Below, piece after piece: positions 1 to 13,726 of a stretch of 64,000 bases of DNA; the first letter of the stretch is position 1; each line of letters starts with the position of its first letter. The notes under the pieces were generated by a model, which made no database searches, was not told the origin of the DNA, and saw only the letters and a program-made list of their open reading frames with translations. A program made the translations under genes and the position numbers. Origin of the DNA: Psammoneis japonica (lineage: Eukaryota). The stretch is taken from positions 1 through 64,000 of the forward strand of contig QPGO01000013.1 in the NCBI GenBank assembly GCA_008632985.1. Direction: 5' to 3'.

Positions 1-830
1 TTCATTGTCACATTGCACATGAAAAAATTGTGTGCTGTGCACTGCTGCATTTTGCAAGACACTGAGTGTGAAAAACTCACTCAACTTTGTGCACCTTCAG
101 CAACAAATGTTTGACCCGTGAAAATTTTCCAAGGCTTGTCAAAACACAATGACAATGGTGGCTACAAATGCAACATGCTCCACCAACAAGCATGGAGTCA
201 CCATGGTGCTGATGCATGTTGGCAGCGTGGACTTGACACAGCACACACAATTTGACTGTGCCCCTTTCTGTGCTTTGGCAAGCATTGTTGGCTGCAGCAG
301 AGACAATGCTGGCTGAAATGCTCAATTTTCTGCCAACTGCTTTCAACCACACAAGTCAAGAACAAGCTTGTTGCACTCACATGCATTGATTCTCCTGGTT
401 GCAAGTGTTCTGGCTGTCATGTCTCTTGAAAGTGGTGTGATCCCTTGGAGAAAGCGGCAGCTGTGCAGAGTCGCCATCATGGTGAGAGGTGGCTCTCCAT
501 CTGCGGCACTCCCACATTGAGCTTGTGCTGATTCTGAGTCATGCTTGTTGAGTCAGCAATGACATTGCTTGGCACATCATGGCATGCCCACCACTCTCAG
601 CAGCAGTGCTGGCAGCTCCAAAAAATCGCGGCACTGCAAAAAAAAAAAAGGGCTGAGGCCACACACCCCAAGAGAGCACACCACTTTTTCTTGTTGTTGC
701 TTTTGTGAGAAGTGCAGCAACAACTCCAGTCTTTGCCGTTGGGTGCAATGGATGCTTTGAGTTGTTTGTGGAGCACAGTGACCGTGTGGGGTGTCTCGTT
801 TGTGTTCATTTTCTAAACCTCGCTCGTTCA
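1..830. repeat. Degenerate repeat DNA, depleted in TpA and CpG (TG/CA-rich); family not identified
   Basis: Almost no TA dinucleotides up to about 810, with normal TA frequency from about 880. ORFs here are Cys/His-rich and show no recognisable domain. Confidence 0.55.
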
Positions 831-1139
831 TTGATTCATGAAACTCATTGTGTTCTTGTTGAAGCGTTGTCGCCTGTTTAGAGTCATAGCATAGATTGAT
901 GACGCATCCCGTCTGTGCGTCGTCAAAACGAGTGTCTCTATCTCGTTGAGCCTGTCTCTCGTCGCGTCAATCACTCGTCAGTCATTCGCTGTAGATTTCT
1001 ACGAGTTCAATACCACGACGATCTTTCCCGCACTAAAAAAACAACACAACAAAAACCAAACGGGTACTGTTGTTGTTGCTATTATTACGATTGCTGCTGT
1101 TGCTGTTGTTGTTATAGATTTGATAGATAACTTACAATC

Positions 1140-4100
1140 ATGTCTGACAAGGACGACGAGGAAGATCAATTTGATGTGGAAGACAGTGACGATGAAGAAG
1201 AAGAACAAGTGAGCAAAAAACGCAAAAGCGCGTCTTCGTCTGAAAAACCCACGAAAAAGAGTCGAGCGTCTTGGATTGACGATGCGGCCGAGCATTCTGG
1301 AGATGAAGAGGATGATGACGACGAGGAAGAAGATGAGGATGACGATAATAACGATTATGTACGTGACGATTTTGTCGTGGACGAACAAGACGAGATTGAA
1401 CGCATACAAAAGGACGATTTGGAGGATTCTGATGACGATGACGATGTTGGTGGAAGACGAAAACGAAAAATGGCGAGAATTCGAAAAAAAGACATGGATG
1501 AGTTGGATGAAGATGATTTGGATTTGATTCAAGAAGCACAGGGACTCAAGAGCCGTGTCGATGCGGCAGAAGAAGCGCGTGCTCGTCTAGAAGAAAGCGT
1601 CATGCTGCCACGTTGGTGGCACGAGACGAAGCCGAGTTGCGCAAGGGACTCTTTTATGATTCCGATTCGGGTGCAGCGCCGCAAAAGAAATTGCCACCAA
1701 GAAAGCAGCTGTGGAGCGGTATGATGAGGACGGGTTGGATGATTTTATTGACGATGATATTGGAGATCAGGATGAGATCATCGCTTCCGAGCGCAGAGGA
1801 GGTGAAATTGGTGGCTCGAGGTCGGGAGTCAGTGAGGCGCAATTGACGGAAGCGTCTGAGATTTTTGGTACAGACTATTTAGACTTTATGGCTCAGGATG
1901 AGCAAGGACAAGACGAGGACGAGGAAGAATTGGGTCTAGGTGAGAAGTATCGAGAACGCGGTGTGGGAGTGGATTACGGTGTGGACTCTGATGATGAGGA
2001 AATTATTTCCGACGATGACTTGTTCGGAGAGGACGAGTCGGATGAAGACATGACGGGCTTGTCTGCCCGACAGCGCGCCGAAGCACTCAAGCTCAAGAGG
2101 CAAAAGCGTGAAATGCTCAAGGCGGAGCGGAGGAAAAAGGCTCGCCAGAAAAAGGCAGAACGGCACAAGGCTCGATTGAGGCGCACGTTTGAACCAGTGC
2201 ACTTGGTGGAGAACTTTTGTACCGAAAAGGATGACGAGATTCGAATGCTAGATGCACCGGAACGATTCTTCTATTGGACCACGCCGTTTCACGGTCCGCC
2301 GGGGGATGTCAAGGAAATCTCGGACGAAGAAGAGGAACAAGCCATGTGGATCGCGACGCGTATTCCGGAAATTGCGTCCGAGCTATATTCTCCTCCCAAG
2401 GAACTAAAAGAAGGAGAGGACACGGAGGCAGCCATGGAAAAGCAGCAGCGATCCGTGTTGGATTCCATTATACACGCGCTTCGCTATATGCACCGTGACA
2501 AGCTGGAACCGGAATTTATTAAACGCTACCGCGCCGACGTTATCACTTCCAAGGGGGTGCGAGAGAACTTGCACAACATTATGGATGAAGATGGAGAGTG
2601 GGAAAGGTTGATTCATGCGCGATCCAAGGTTGAAACCCTGCTGGAGGACATTACCACGGCGGCCCAAGGCGACGAAGCCAAGGGTGCAGACGAGGAGAAT
2701 GTGAATCGATTGAGAGAGGAACGGCAAAAGGCACAAGAGCGTCTTGATGAGACTTTGAAAGAGGAGCAACGCATCAAGGATTCGCTGGTGGAACTGGGAG
2801 ACGTGGAGGATGCAAAGGACGATGACTCGGACGACGACGATGATGAGCTTTTTGGAGACGACGATGGTGCTGATGCGGTGAGTATCGACCGGCCAGCGTG
2901 TAGTGTTGAACTTCATATTTTGCTTGGCTCGTGCGTTGACCATGGCCTTGCTTTGATGTGTAATTGAAACAACAGGAAACAAAGGCAAAGCGTGCTCAAA
3001 AGACATCACTTGAGGCCCACCTCAGCACCATCAAGAGTTTGCTTGAGGACCGTGCGGAACGGGTCGCTCAGCTTGAATCCTCTCTTAAGGCAGCCGAAGA
3101 GAGGAACGCGGAATCCCTTCAAAGCCAAACCCCTGCCATTCAAATGACAAAGAAAATTTGTCGGACAAAACTTTGGAACAGTGACGACTACGCGCAGTAC
3201 TTGGCCGATCTTACCGATGCCCGTCACATTATTGACATGAATGGGTATTTGGGCCTGATCAAGGAAGGTAACGACACCATCAGACTCAAGGATGCGCCCA
3301 TGGACGCTGCTACCAAGGAAAAAGCTGCCCGGAAGAGAAGCCGGAGGTTTGATCGTGACTTTTACCGCACATGCGTGTCCGAGGGGTTGCGTTCCATCTG
3401 CTATCAGTTTGTCTTGGGGCCAAATAGGGTCGGAATCAAATTGGAAGATAGTGTAGATAACGGAGGTTTTGACTATGAGCGCACTCTACCGGGTGATGAG
3501 GATGTTGTCGAAGGAGGGGCCGGAGACCCTCGGTTGTGGGTGCCACCCGTCGTTCCTGATTCAGATCCTGATAAGTTTGCCAGTGATTTGGTGGGAAGCG
3601 GTGAATTGGTTCTTCTTTCGTCGACTCAGGGTTCTGCAGATGACATGGATGATCACCCTGAACTCAAAGACCCCCTCCGTGGTTGCCGGTATGTTGCTGC
3701 CATGGAGCTGGCTTATGAACCCCGTGTCCGCCGGCACTTGCGTAATATTTACCGCAAAAAGGCTGTCCTTACGACACGCCCGACAGCCAAGGGAATGGAC
3801 AACATTGACGACTACCACGAGTACTATGGCCTCCATTTAATCCGGGACAAGCCAGTCAAGGAACACTTTCCCATGAATGAAGAGGAGCTTCAGGCGCTAA
3901 AAATGGGGATGGATATCGAGGAGCAAGAGGCACTGGATGCCGAAATTAAGACTAAGGAGAAGAACAGCTGCCTCCAATACCTCAACATACTCAAGGCCGA
4001 ACAAACCGGTGATGTATCAGTTGAAGTGCATTTACCACTGCTTCGCGATGAAGGGAGTCGTTGGTTCGAAAGTAGGCAAGAACAATCGCAGAAGCTGGAA

Positions 4101-7100
4101 AAACAAGATTTGAGCCCGCTCATGGACGAGCTGGAAAAGGCGTACCTCCCACCTGATGGAGACACAGATGAGTGGAACCAGGAGCGTCGGAAAATCCTAC
4201 GATTTGCCCTCACCAACTTTCTTTTGCCCCAGTTCGAGGCGGAAATCCCGGAAGGAAATGAGGGAGGCGGCCACAAAGGTGGGAGTGATTGCGGCTGCAG
4301 ATAACCTACGGACCATGGCCATGGAGGGGCCCTACAGGCCTGCCTCCATGGTGACTGCAAACCGCTTCCTTGAACCCACTGGAGATCTCCCAATGGTGGG
4401 AGTGTGTTGCTCATCGGACGGAAAGGACGCCACCTACCTTGCGGCTGTCAACAGGAGAGGAGAATCGGCTGATTACCTAGCCATACCTTCGGGAACCAGG
4501 GTGGACGATGACAAAATGAGGGAAAAGGTGATTATGTTCCTGATTACTTCGCGCCCTGCTGCCGTCATGGTTGGAACTGGAGGTGGCCTGCAGAGTCGCA
4601 CTTTGGTGCGAAAGCTGGTTGAGCTTGTGGGACAAGCTACAGAAAGATGGGACAAGAGGGATATCCAGGGTGAAGACGAAGACGACGAAGACTTCCAAGC
4701 ACGTCAAGCTGCCTTTGACCGTTTGATCCCAAGGGCAACACGACGTCGTGGCAGTGACGAGGACCTAGACCGACCTTGGAGATGCAACGTGGAGCTTATA
4801 GATGACAGCGTTGCGCAGCTTTTGGAAGAAGCGTTCGCGGCAGAAAGGAATTCCCGGAATTCGATGTCAACTTGAAGTGCGCCATCGCGACAGCTAGACA
4901 GGCGAAAGACCCTCTCGCCGAGCTGACTTACGCATGGAGTGTAGCGAGTGATTCTGGAGTTTTCGGCACTGAGATGCTTTACATGAATATACATCCTCTA
5001 CAAAAGCTTCTTCCCAAGACTTCACTGTTGCGTCACTATGAACGAGTGTTGTGTGGTGCTGTTGCAGAGGTCGGCATAGATGTGAACACTGCCTGCGCGC
5101 ACACTCACATCCACGGCATGCTCTCATTTGTCCCGGGTCTTGGACCCCGGAAAGCTAGTAGTCTCAAGCAGAATTTCATGCGCTCAGGAGACGTCGTGGC
5201 TAGTCGACGGGATCTCCTAGCGAAGCGTTACATGGGCCCCATTGTCTACAATAATGCTGTGGCCTTCCTAAGGATTAGAAGCGTGGACCAGCTTGAGGAT
5301 CAGTTTCTATTTCCCCTTGATGATACCCGACTCCATCCGGATGTCTATCATCGTAACAAGTGGGCGGTGAAGATTGCGATTGACGCCCTGGAGAGGACTG
5401 ACAGCGACGAAGATAAGGAGGATACGGCTGTAAACGCCCTTACTGATGTCATGGAGGACTCCAAGGAAGAGGTAGCACGATTGTTTAATGCAACGAAAGA
5501 CGAGTGGGAGAAACACTTTGGCCCAACTTTCAACATTCAAGCGTGGAATCCCAGGGTTGACGTCCCGTCTAACCAATGGCGTGATAAGGTTGAGGAATTG
5601 GATCTTGAAGCATTTGCGGCTATGATTGAACGGAGCGGTGTCGGTCGTTGGCTTAGTCACCTTCAAATGATCAAGTGGGAGTTCCGCCTTCCTTTCGAGG
5701 ATCCGAGGAAGCCAATGGAACAGCTTACAGGTGAAAAGCTTTTAGGGTCCTAACCGGAGAAACGGATCAATCCTTGCGTCCTGGAAAGGAAGTCACCGGG
5801 AAGGTCGTCTCGAACGGGGATTTCGGTTCCAGGATAAAGCTCGAAGGAGATATCCCAGCTTTTATCCCGTTACGAAATCTTGCTGACGAACATGTAGAAT
5901 CAGCCGAGGATATTGTAAGTGTCGGGACAGTTGTAACGGCGGTCGTGACCGAAGTGAAGAAAGACCATATGACTGTCGATGTAAGCCTCAAAATGGAAGA
6001 CTTTCGCAAGCCCGCTAGCGCATGGGAGCGGCCTGCTTCGTTGCCTCCTCTTGATGAGCACTTTGATCAAAATGCAGCTGTGACAATCGAGCAAGACAAA
6101 AGTACCCAACGGGAGGCCCGTATCGCAGCGCTGCAGTTGAGTATGAGTAAATCAAAGGGTGCCGAGGGCTCACAGTCAGGCGTCAATGGAGACGCGTCAA
6201 AGAGGCGAACTGGTCGGGTCACAAGGCGCGCATGTGCTCATCCTGCGTTTCGCAATGCAAAGAACAATGAAGTTGACCGCGAGCTGCGTGATGCGGGTGA
6301 CGCAATGGTTGGTGAAGCACTTATTAGACCCAGCAGCAAGTCAGCGGATTCTCTGGCTATTCACTGGGTGGTTAAACCGGGAACCATCAAAGTTATTGAA
6401 GTCGTAGAAGAAGATAAAGATACGGACGCAAGCATTGGAAATATCCTTAAGATCAAGGTATGTCGAATTGTGTATGAAATGATAAAGTGCCACCCGTTTG
6501 AGCGATAGAGCTAACATTGCTGTGGTATGTGTTGAAAGAACGAAACATACGAGAGCATAGACGAGTTGTTAGGACGGTACATTGCACCAATGAACGATTA
6601 TGTAGAGGAGCTGACAAACCATCGAAAGTTTGTGGACCTTACAGAGGATGATCTTGACGATAAGCTGAGGGAGCAGAAAACAGCTAACCCGAAGGGAATT
6701 TTTTACAATGTCTGCTGGGCTGACATGCATCCTGGATATGCATCACTCCGCTTCATAATGAGCAACAATCCTCGAAATCATTACATTGGGTTGTCGCCGA
6801 GTGGCTTTATTTGGGGAGAGAAGACGTTTACGAATTTAGATAAGTTGATGAACGAGTTCAAGAAGAATCCCACCAATGTGGCTTCGAAGCAGAGCGGTGC
6901 TAAAACAGGTCCACCGGCGCCCGCCCGAGAGTCTAAACCGTCTCGATGGGGAGCAAAGCCAGCGCCTCCTGTCGCCCCACCCGCATGGGGTGGCAACGCA
7001 CCTCCAGTCCCACCACCGGTCCCTCCCGCTGCAGCGCAAGCTGGAGGATGGGGAGCTCCATCGGCTGCCACCGCCGCACCGGGAGGCTGGGGCAATGCAC

Positions 7101-7282
7101 CACGTCCACCTCTGCCTCCACCTCCCCAGCAGTTCCCTCCCGTCCCTCCCGGTCCCCCACCGCCCTATGCGCAGCCTCCTCCGCCTCACTTCGGACAGCA
7201 GCCACCGCCTCCGCCGACCGGTGCTTACCCGCCTCCGCCTCCCGGTGGCCCGCCACCTGGTTATCCGCAAGTCCAGCATTAA
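1140..7282 (+). CDS. SPT6: Transcription elongation factor / histone chaperone SPT6
   Basis: Acidic N-terminus, then FEPVHLVENFCTEKDDEIRMLDAPERF, a YqgF-like region, HhH (FVPGLGPRKA), DDTRLHPDVY, an S1 domain, tandem SH2-like domains (ALIRPSSKSADSLAIHW) and a Pro/Gly tail. GT-AG introns at 2878-2975 and 6458-6538 join in frame. About 5 apparent frameshifts (near 1610, 1710, 4250, 4822, 5745). Confidence 0.93.
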
Positions 7283-7419
7283 TGAGTTGGTCATGCTGGA
7301 AGCGAGTGGATGCGGCTCGCTAATTCTTCTGGTATCGTATCGTTGATTCGCGAAACAGTAACTTAATCGAAACTACTGTAGCTTTATGCTTATTAGTGCA
7401 AGTTATTGCTTTAACTTGC

Positions 7420-10400
7420 TCATTCGAAGAAGCTGACGATTGCCTTCTCAGATGAGTACGCCAATACGGTGTCGACAACCATGAGAGTGCACATCGCAAC
7501 AGGAAACCCAAGAGCTTCTACGAAATCGTGCAAGAAGCGGTAGTCAATGAATGTCGCTCCCGGCGCAGCCTCCGGCAAGAACAATTTACTAGAGTCTGGC
7601 ATCGGTGTAAGCTAGAGAAAAGGAAACACGAATGTAACGTGTCAGCAATGTGGCTTAGGATGGTAGAGACGGATGCGCCATATCTTACCTGAAGCAAATC
7701 GTTTAGCGGCGGGAATAGCTCCAGTGCGCAAACAAACAGAACGGCGTAGCAGATCTGAACGCTGCGAATCATTGCAACATTGTCTGTTAGGTCTTGCATG
7801 AACGGACGCCCCCTATAATTCACCACAAACGTGTTGACAGTCGCCAACACGGTGAGCAAAAATGTACAAGAGTTCAAAACATTCGGATTGAAAGGGCCAT
7901 CCGGTATCATGCTTGGGTCCCATGGATCCACATACGCAAGTGAAATATGCGTAGCTCCCACGATGGCGAGCGCGTGAATGACAAACTGCACTGCGATCGA
8001 AACGAGTGCTTGGCGGCACAGTACAGATGGAGGCGGCCGATGCGAAGACAGCTTGGGGAGGGGTTTGCCTTTTGTTACAAACAAGAAAAGCATCGCCACG
8101 ACAATACCCAGTATCGTCAGCTGACGATCCCCCTGCTTGACTCCGTGCATGTGCAATTTTGTTAAAACAAGAGCATTCACTAAGCAATTCACCCCCAGAA
8201 TTTTGTATATCTGCAGCATCGTTACTAAGGTGCAGCGACCTTGTTGAAGCACATCTTTGCAGCAATTGATGGACACGGCGCGAGACGTAAATGGCGATGC
8301 TACAGACGCATCTCCAAGTTCCACAAAGTCCAGTTCTTCGTTGGCCTCTCGCAATTTCCGAAGCGACTCCTCGAGGGTTGTGGCGCGGGCCTTCTTCTTC
8401 GAAGCGCTAGAGCCATTGCTCTTACTTCGACTTTTCCCTTGCTTTTTCTCCCTCTTCTGTTGAGCTTTGACTTTTGCCACAGCAGCTGATGCGTCACGGT
8501 GTTTAGCTTCGACACCGGGAGCACTGATGATTGATATCCCAACATGCGCTCGTTTGAGGGCGCCGACATCGTTTGTCCCATCCCCGCACATTAGAGTATG
8601 AAAGCCCCCAAGATTGAAGGCAGCGACAACAGCTTCCTTTTGACGGGGCGCGTGACGAGCAAATACGGATACAATCGGTACCAATTCCTTCAACACATTC
8701 TGTACAGCGGGATGGAACAGAATATTTTTCTCGTCGGCCATGGATAAATCAGCCGGAGCAGAATCCATATTACGGAAGCCTCGAAATACAGTAGATGTGA
8801 TTTTGACCAACATTGCACCAGAAATACAAAACGATGCCTCTGAACGGGAAGACATTCTCGCATGAGACTGAGATTCGAGGGAGTCAACGGAATGTCCCCA
8901 GTGGTGGACGACCCTGACGTTGTTGTTAGGGGAAAGAAGGCAAATCCGGATAACGAAGAACCTTGTCCTCGTTCCCGGTCACGGTTCGCTCTCGAAGTTC
9001 ATACGTAGAATGCGCTTTGCCCTTGCCTACACGGATAATTCCCACCTGCCGAGCAACCTCAGCTGCTGTTAATGCGGCATCTCCCGTAATCATTACTACT
9101 CTGTGACCACTCTTTCTTAGCTCTGAAATAACTTGTTTCGAGTCAGGCTTCAGTGGACAATCTAGGACCAAGAACCCAGCAAAGGTCAAATCTTTTTCGA
9201 CGGATTCACGTCCTGCTTCTTTCCATTCGGTCACGGATTTCTCCTTCCCAAGGTTTCGATAGGCAAGTGCTAACACACGCTGACCAAGATTCATGTGATG
9301 GGTGTAAGCCTCATCGTAGTCTGATGGTAGGGAGTCACCGCTCAAGAACATTTTTATCGTCTCTGGTGCTCCTTTTGTAAGCGCCCAAACATGTTCGTCT
9401 CCGGATTCTGTCATCAATACTGTCATTCTTTTCAGACGAGACGAAAAGGCAAACCTGTGATGAAGCGTTATCTTGGGGCTGTACTTGCTCACATTTGTCT
9501 CATCAACTAGCGTCACAACGCCAGAACGTTTCATTGTGTAAGGAGTACCCTGCAAAACTGTCTTTTCCAAGGGATCCCCAATGACACCCTCTCCGTCCTT
9601 CCCCGTTCCCACAGCCAATGAATGGCATGCCACCATGACACGCATGACAGGCCAAGGCAAACGTTCCTCCTCACCTTCCTCGTTGCTTGGATTCACCAGA
9701 GTGTTGCTGTTGGCAGCCGCACACCACGCAACCGCATTTCGTCACTCGTCAACGTTCCCGTCTTGTCAAAACAACAAACATCGACTCTTCCCGCCCAGGG
9801 GATACGATACGGTTCGGTACAGAATACGTTGCATCGCTTCATGAGATCGGCAACACTATTGGTGACTGCAAGACTCAATTCCATTGGCAGTTCCGGAGGC
9901 ACAACCGACGTGATAATGATAATTACGTGCAGCAAAAGCCGAAACCGGTTTCGAGTCTCGTCCTGCCATCCTTCGAGCAGAACGGAAACCGCACTGGCCA
10001 CGGCACAAAGCAGTAGCAACGACACAAAGACAAATGTATCACGCGTGTAAATGCCATCTACACTTTGGCTTGAGCTGTGGCCATGGTTCGCAGGAGAGAA
10101 CCCTGCGCTGTTTCAAATCCCGTCCGAAGCACAAACCCCACGACACCGCCATCGGGTGGCGACGGGAACGGAATGGATCCGCCGGTAGTATCCTTGGAAT
10201 CATGGCTCACCAGCACGGTCCCACCAAAGAGGACCGACTGCTTGTGCTGCGAGTCTTGCACATCCAGCTTGGACAAATCCGAGGCACCGGCGGCAGCCGA
10301 CGTATCGAGAGGACCCTTTAATTGAGGCACCGACTCGCCCGTCAAGAGTGCTTCATCCACAACGACTGTCCCCTTGAGCAAGAGAACGTCGGCTGGAACG

Positions 10401-11515
10401 TGTCGTTCTTGTTGTGGCTGTGCATCAGGTCGTGGTCTTGCTCTCCGAGCACGTTTACCACTCGAGGCAGAGGACAAGCTCACCACATCGCCAGGAAGGA
10501 GTTCTTCGGTTTTGACCGCAATCCACTGATTGAGACGGTACACGTAAACATGATAGGCGTGACGCAATGTACCTCGGAGTCGTTCGAGGTTCTTGAGGCG
10601 ATTGTATGCCACAGTACATTCAAACATGATCAATGCAAACAGAGTAAAGATTGCATAGTACCAGTACTCATCGAGACTCCACAGGGCAACGCATAGCAAT
10701 TGAAACAGAAAAAAGGGTGCCAAAAGCTGCTCTCCTAGCAAGTGAGTAAAGGGGGGCAACTGAATGTGAGTCGTGTTGCTCCCATACACCTCTTCACACT
10801 CCTGAGAGCTCTCGAGTGACTCGTGCCCTTTCCATTTTTTGTAAAAGTCAAGATGCAACTTGTCTGGATACTTGAGGCGACAAAAGCGGGGCGTTTCATC
10901 TACCAAACGATCGTCCTCATCTACTTCTTCAATGTCACTGTTGCTTCTCGACAAAAACAAGGTATCCATCAAATCGTCCGTATCCGTAAGCGGAGCTCGA
11001 AACACCACATCTCGAAACGTCACGATTGCCACTTGATGTTCAAACACAACCGGACAAATTTCCGCATCCTGCACCACTCCCCCCACGGCATGGGTACGGA
11101 CCCAACAATGCGTCCACTTGGCTGGATTGGTGCATACCGAGTAGCCCACCTTGGACCGTACCGCGACTCTCCACTGCTGTGCCAACGCCAGAGCCACGTG
11201 GCTCGTCAGAGCCAACGGAAATGCCACCAATTGAAAGAGTCGAAAACTCGCGCTGTCCAATTCGACTTGATCCAGAATAATCAAGAGACTGTAGAGAATC
11301 ACAAAGGGACTGACATCGAAACGAGCCAAGAGCGATTTTCGTTGGAGTGGAATCAACACGTGACCATCCTGACGTTGTTTTTGATGTAAGCTTGAAGAAT
11401 TTTGTCTCTTTTTACTCGAATCATCTTGCACCAGAGTTGCATTCGTAGAGATAACCTCTGCAGTATTTCTGGTCTTTCGTTGATGCAAGCCCATTCGAGC
11501 CGTCGACATGGACAT
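7420..11515 (-). CDS. P5A-type ATPase (Spf1/ATP13A1-like ER transmembrane helix dislocase)
   Basis: Motifs VDEALLTGESVPQLK, ITSVVPPELPMELS (P5A-type PPELP), CFDKTGTLT, KGAPE, MITGD and MCGDGTNDVGALK. An intron near 7613-7689 plus several frame breaks. The start codon is uncertain; the ORF is open to 11629. Confidence 0.9.
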
Positions 11516-12055
11516 GGTGAAGCACTGTCGTTTGTTTGTGAAAATCGCGGACGAAAAAACTCCCGCCACCCATCCGTTGGACGTCATTATGACGTCACGA
11601 CGTGAGGACCGGGCTTCAGCCGCGCGCATGGATCGCTGAAGTTACTTCGAGGCAAGTGTTCGAGGTGTGAAAAGTAGGAGTACAGTAGCCTACCGGTACT
11701 GTAAAGGTGAGCTGGGCATGAAGAAGGGTTGTTAGACTCCTTGGTTAGACTGCTGTTGCAGTCATAAGAGGCCACATTTTTATTGTCTCTCCACCTTGTC
11801 TGTTCTATGCAGTGCCAATGGAGAACGTCTAGTGTTACTGTGCCTGACTTTGGACATTCCGTCCTGGAGTTCATCGCAGACGAAACCGTATTATTTGTAG
11901 CATAGTAGCTACCATACTTGTACCGCGACATCGTTATTCGCTTACACTTAAGAATACCTGGTTGATGGAGAAGTAAGTTTGTTTCCTAGAATGGGCCAGG
12001 GTACGTAAGTTAAAACATAAACTACCGGTAGAACCTTTAACAGACTCGTATTTAG

Positions 12056-12703
12056 CTACAAGTTCTCAAACTTTGGATACTTCTCCTTGAGGTTCTTGAC
12101 AGCCTCACTCTCCACATGAGTTTCAGGCAAGACACCGTGCCTCTTTGTCTTCATCTCAAACGGATTCGCCACTGTCTCTGGTCCAGAGTAGTCCAGAATA
12201 CCCAACAACAGCCCGAATCCCATAGCCGAACTCGTCATTAGATCCAGCCTTCGCGTGGTTGCTCCAGCGACGAGACCAGCCGCCATTCCACCCAAGACAC
12301 TATTCCACGAATCCTTCTTTTGGCGCATTTCCTGAGACATGCATTCCACCAAGGCAAAGGCCGAACCGGCAGCAGCAAACCACATGCCCGGTCGCATTAT
12401 GGCACGAGACACGGCTCGAACGTCCGTCTTTCCAACCACGCCACCAGCCGACGTGACGGGATCGGGATACCAAGCCACTTGGCAGGAACCAAAAAAGGTT
12501 CCAGCCACGGCTCCGACCATCTAAACAAAAAAGCATGGAAGAAGCAGCATGTGATGAGCTTTTCAGGAAAAGATGATTCCTTCGACTACAGCGGACTTCA
12601 AACTTACAGCGGCGTTCATGAAGCGTTCAGCGCAGCTACCTGTGACCGCTCTTGGACCATCATTGATTTCGCCAAACACGTTCAAATCGCCTCCTCCGCC
12701 CAT
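12056..12703 (-). CDS. Tim17/Tim22/Tim23-family mitochondrial membrane protein (possibly complex I subunit NDUFA11-like)
   Basis: Exon 12608-12703, intron 12521-12607 (GTAAGT...TTTAG), exon 12056-12520, joined in frame. Family motif MRQKKDSWNSVLGGMAAG and GxxxG helices. Confidence 0.75.
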
Positions 12704-13012
12704 GGTTTCCAGCAGTGTTGATTGATAGCAGCAGACACTCGTTGTCGTCGCGTCAACAACAACAGCAACAACCAGCACAACAAACGAACGCGATGCCTGC
12801 GCTTGCGCCGCCGCGTGCGCGTGCGTGCGTTACAGTAAGCGAGAGTCCGTACGTCGTACTCTTTTAAACAGTGTAGTGCAGGCAACGGTTTTCTACGTAG
12901 CCAATTCTTTTAGTCGCATTGATCGTCTCATCTTTTCACAGCCCACATCAAAGAAAGCGCTACCGGTAGACGTTAGAGGTCAAAGTGTTTTGTTGTAGGG
13001 GCCCTAAGACCC

Positions 13013-13726
13013 ATGATGAGAGGCTTTCACCAAATAGTTGCGTTGCCTGTGGCTCGAAAAATACTGATATTGCTGCTGGCTATGAGCGTAGCGGGATTTA
13101 CGATACATTCGCCTTGCAGATCCGCTCTTGGAGTTGCTCCCCGAACGACAGCTCGATTGTTCTCTCATGCCAACAACAGTAACAAATCTTTCAATGACTG
13201 GCGAGCCTCAATCTGTACAGGATTGCTTTCAATAACATTACTTTCATCATTTCCAGCGCTGGCGTTTGATCCTTCCGTCTACCAAAACGACTACTCCGAT
13301 CCTTTGCACCCACTCTGCCAACGAAAAATCACGGTATCGGGCAACACGTTTCACTACTCGGGAACCGCGGTTGGGCCCGAAAATGATGATTCTGTTCCAC
13401 GAGGTTGCAGTCCCGCTGAAATTAAAGAGTATGGTATACGCCGGGGTGCCTTTGACGGAGTCATTAGGGAGGACGGAAAAATATCAGCAGGCGACGGCAT
13501 TCATGAAGGAATCTGGGAACCCGCAAACAGTGCAAGCACCAGTCTCGGCTATGAAGACCTGGATGGCATTCGTTGGAATGATGGGAACAAGTGGACCGTC
13601 AAACCACCAAGTATGGGAGAATCAGCAGGCTAGGGATTTTTTGTAGTCTATGTTCTCTTTAGCCTTGCTGCTGGAGCCAAGGAACTAGTGGAACGGATCC
13701 GTGATTGGAACCAAGCAGCGGAATGA
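13013..13726 (+). CDS. Hypothetical protein with bipartite/lumenal targeting-like N-terminus; in-frame TAG at 13631 before a C-terminal hydrophobic helix
   Basis: Signal-like ILILLLAMSVAGF, a Ser/Arg-rich transit-like stretch and a second hydrophobic segment ending ALA-F. The frame continues past the TAG as GFFVVYVLFSLAAGAKEL...AAE* to TGA 13724-13726. Confidence 0.6.

Noticed and set aside
6900..7282. GC-rich CCN repeats and overlapping ORFs
   Set aside because: These are simply the Pro/Gly-rich C-terminal tail of SPT6.
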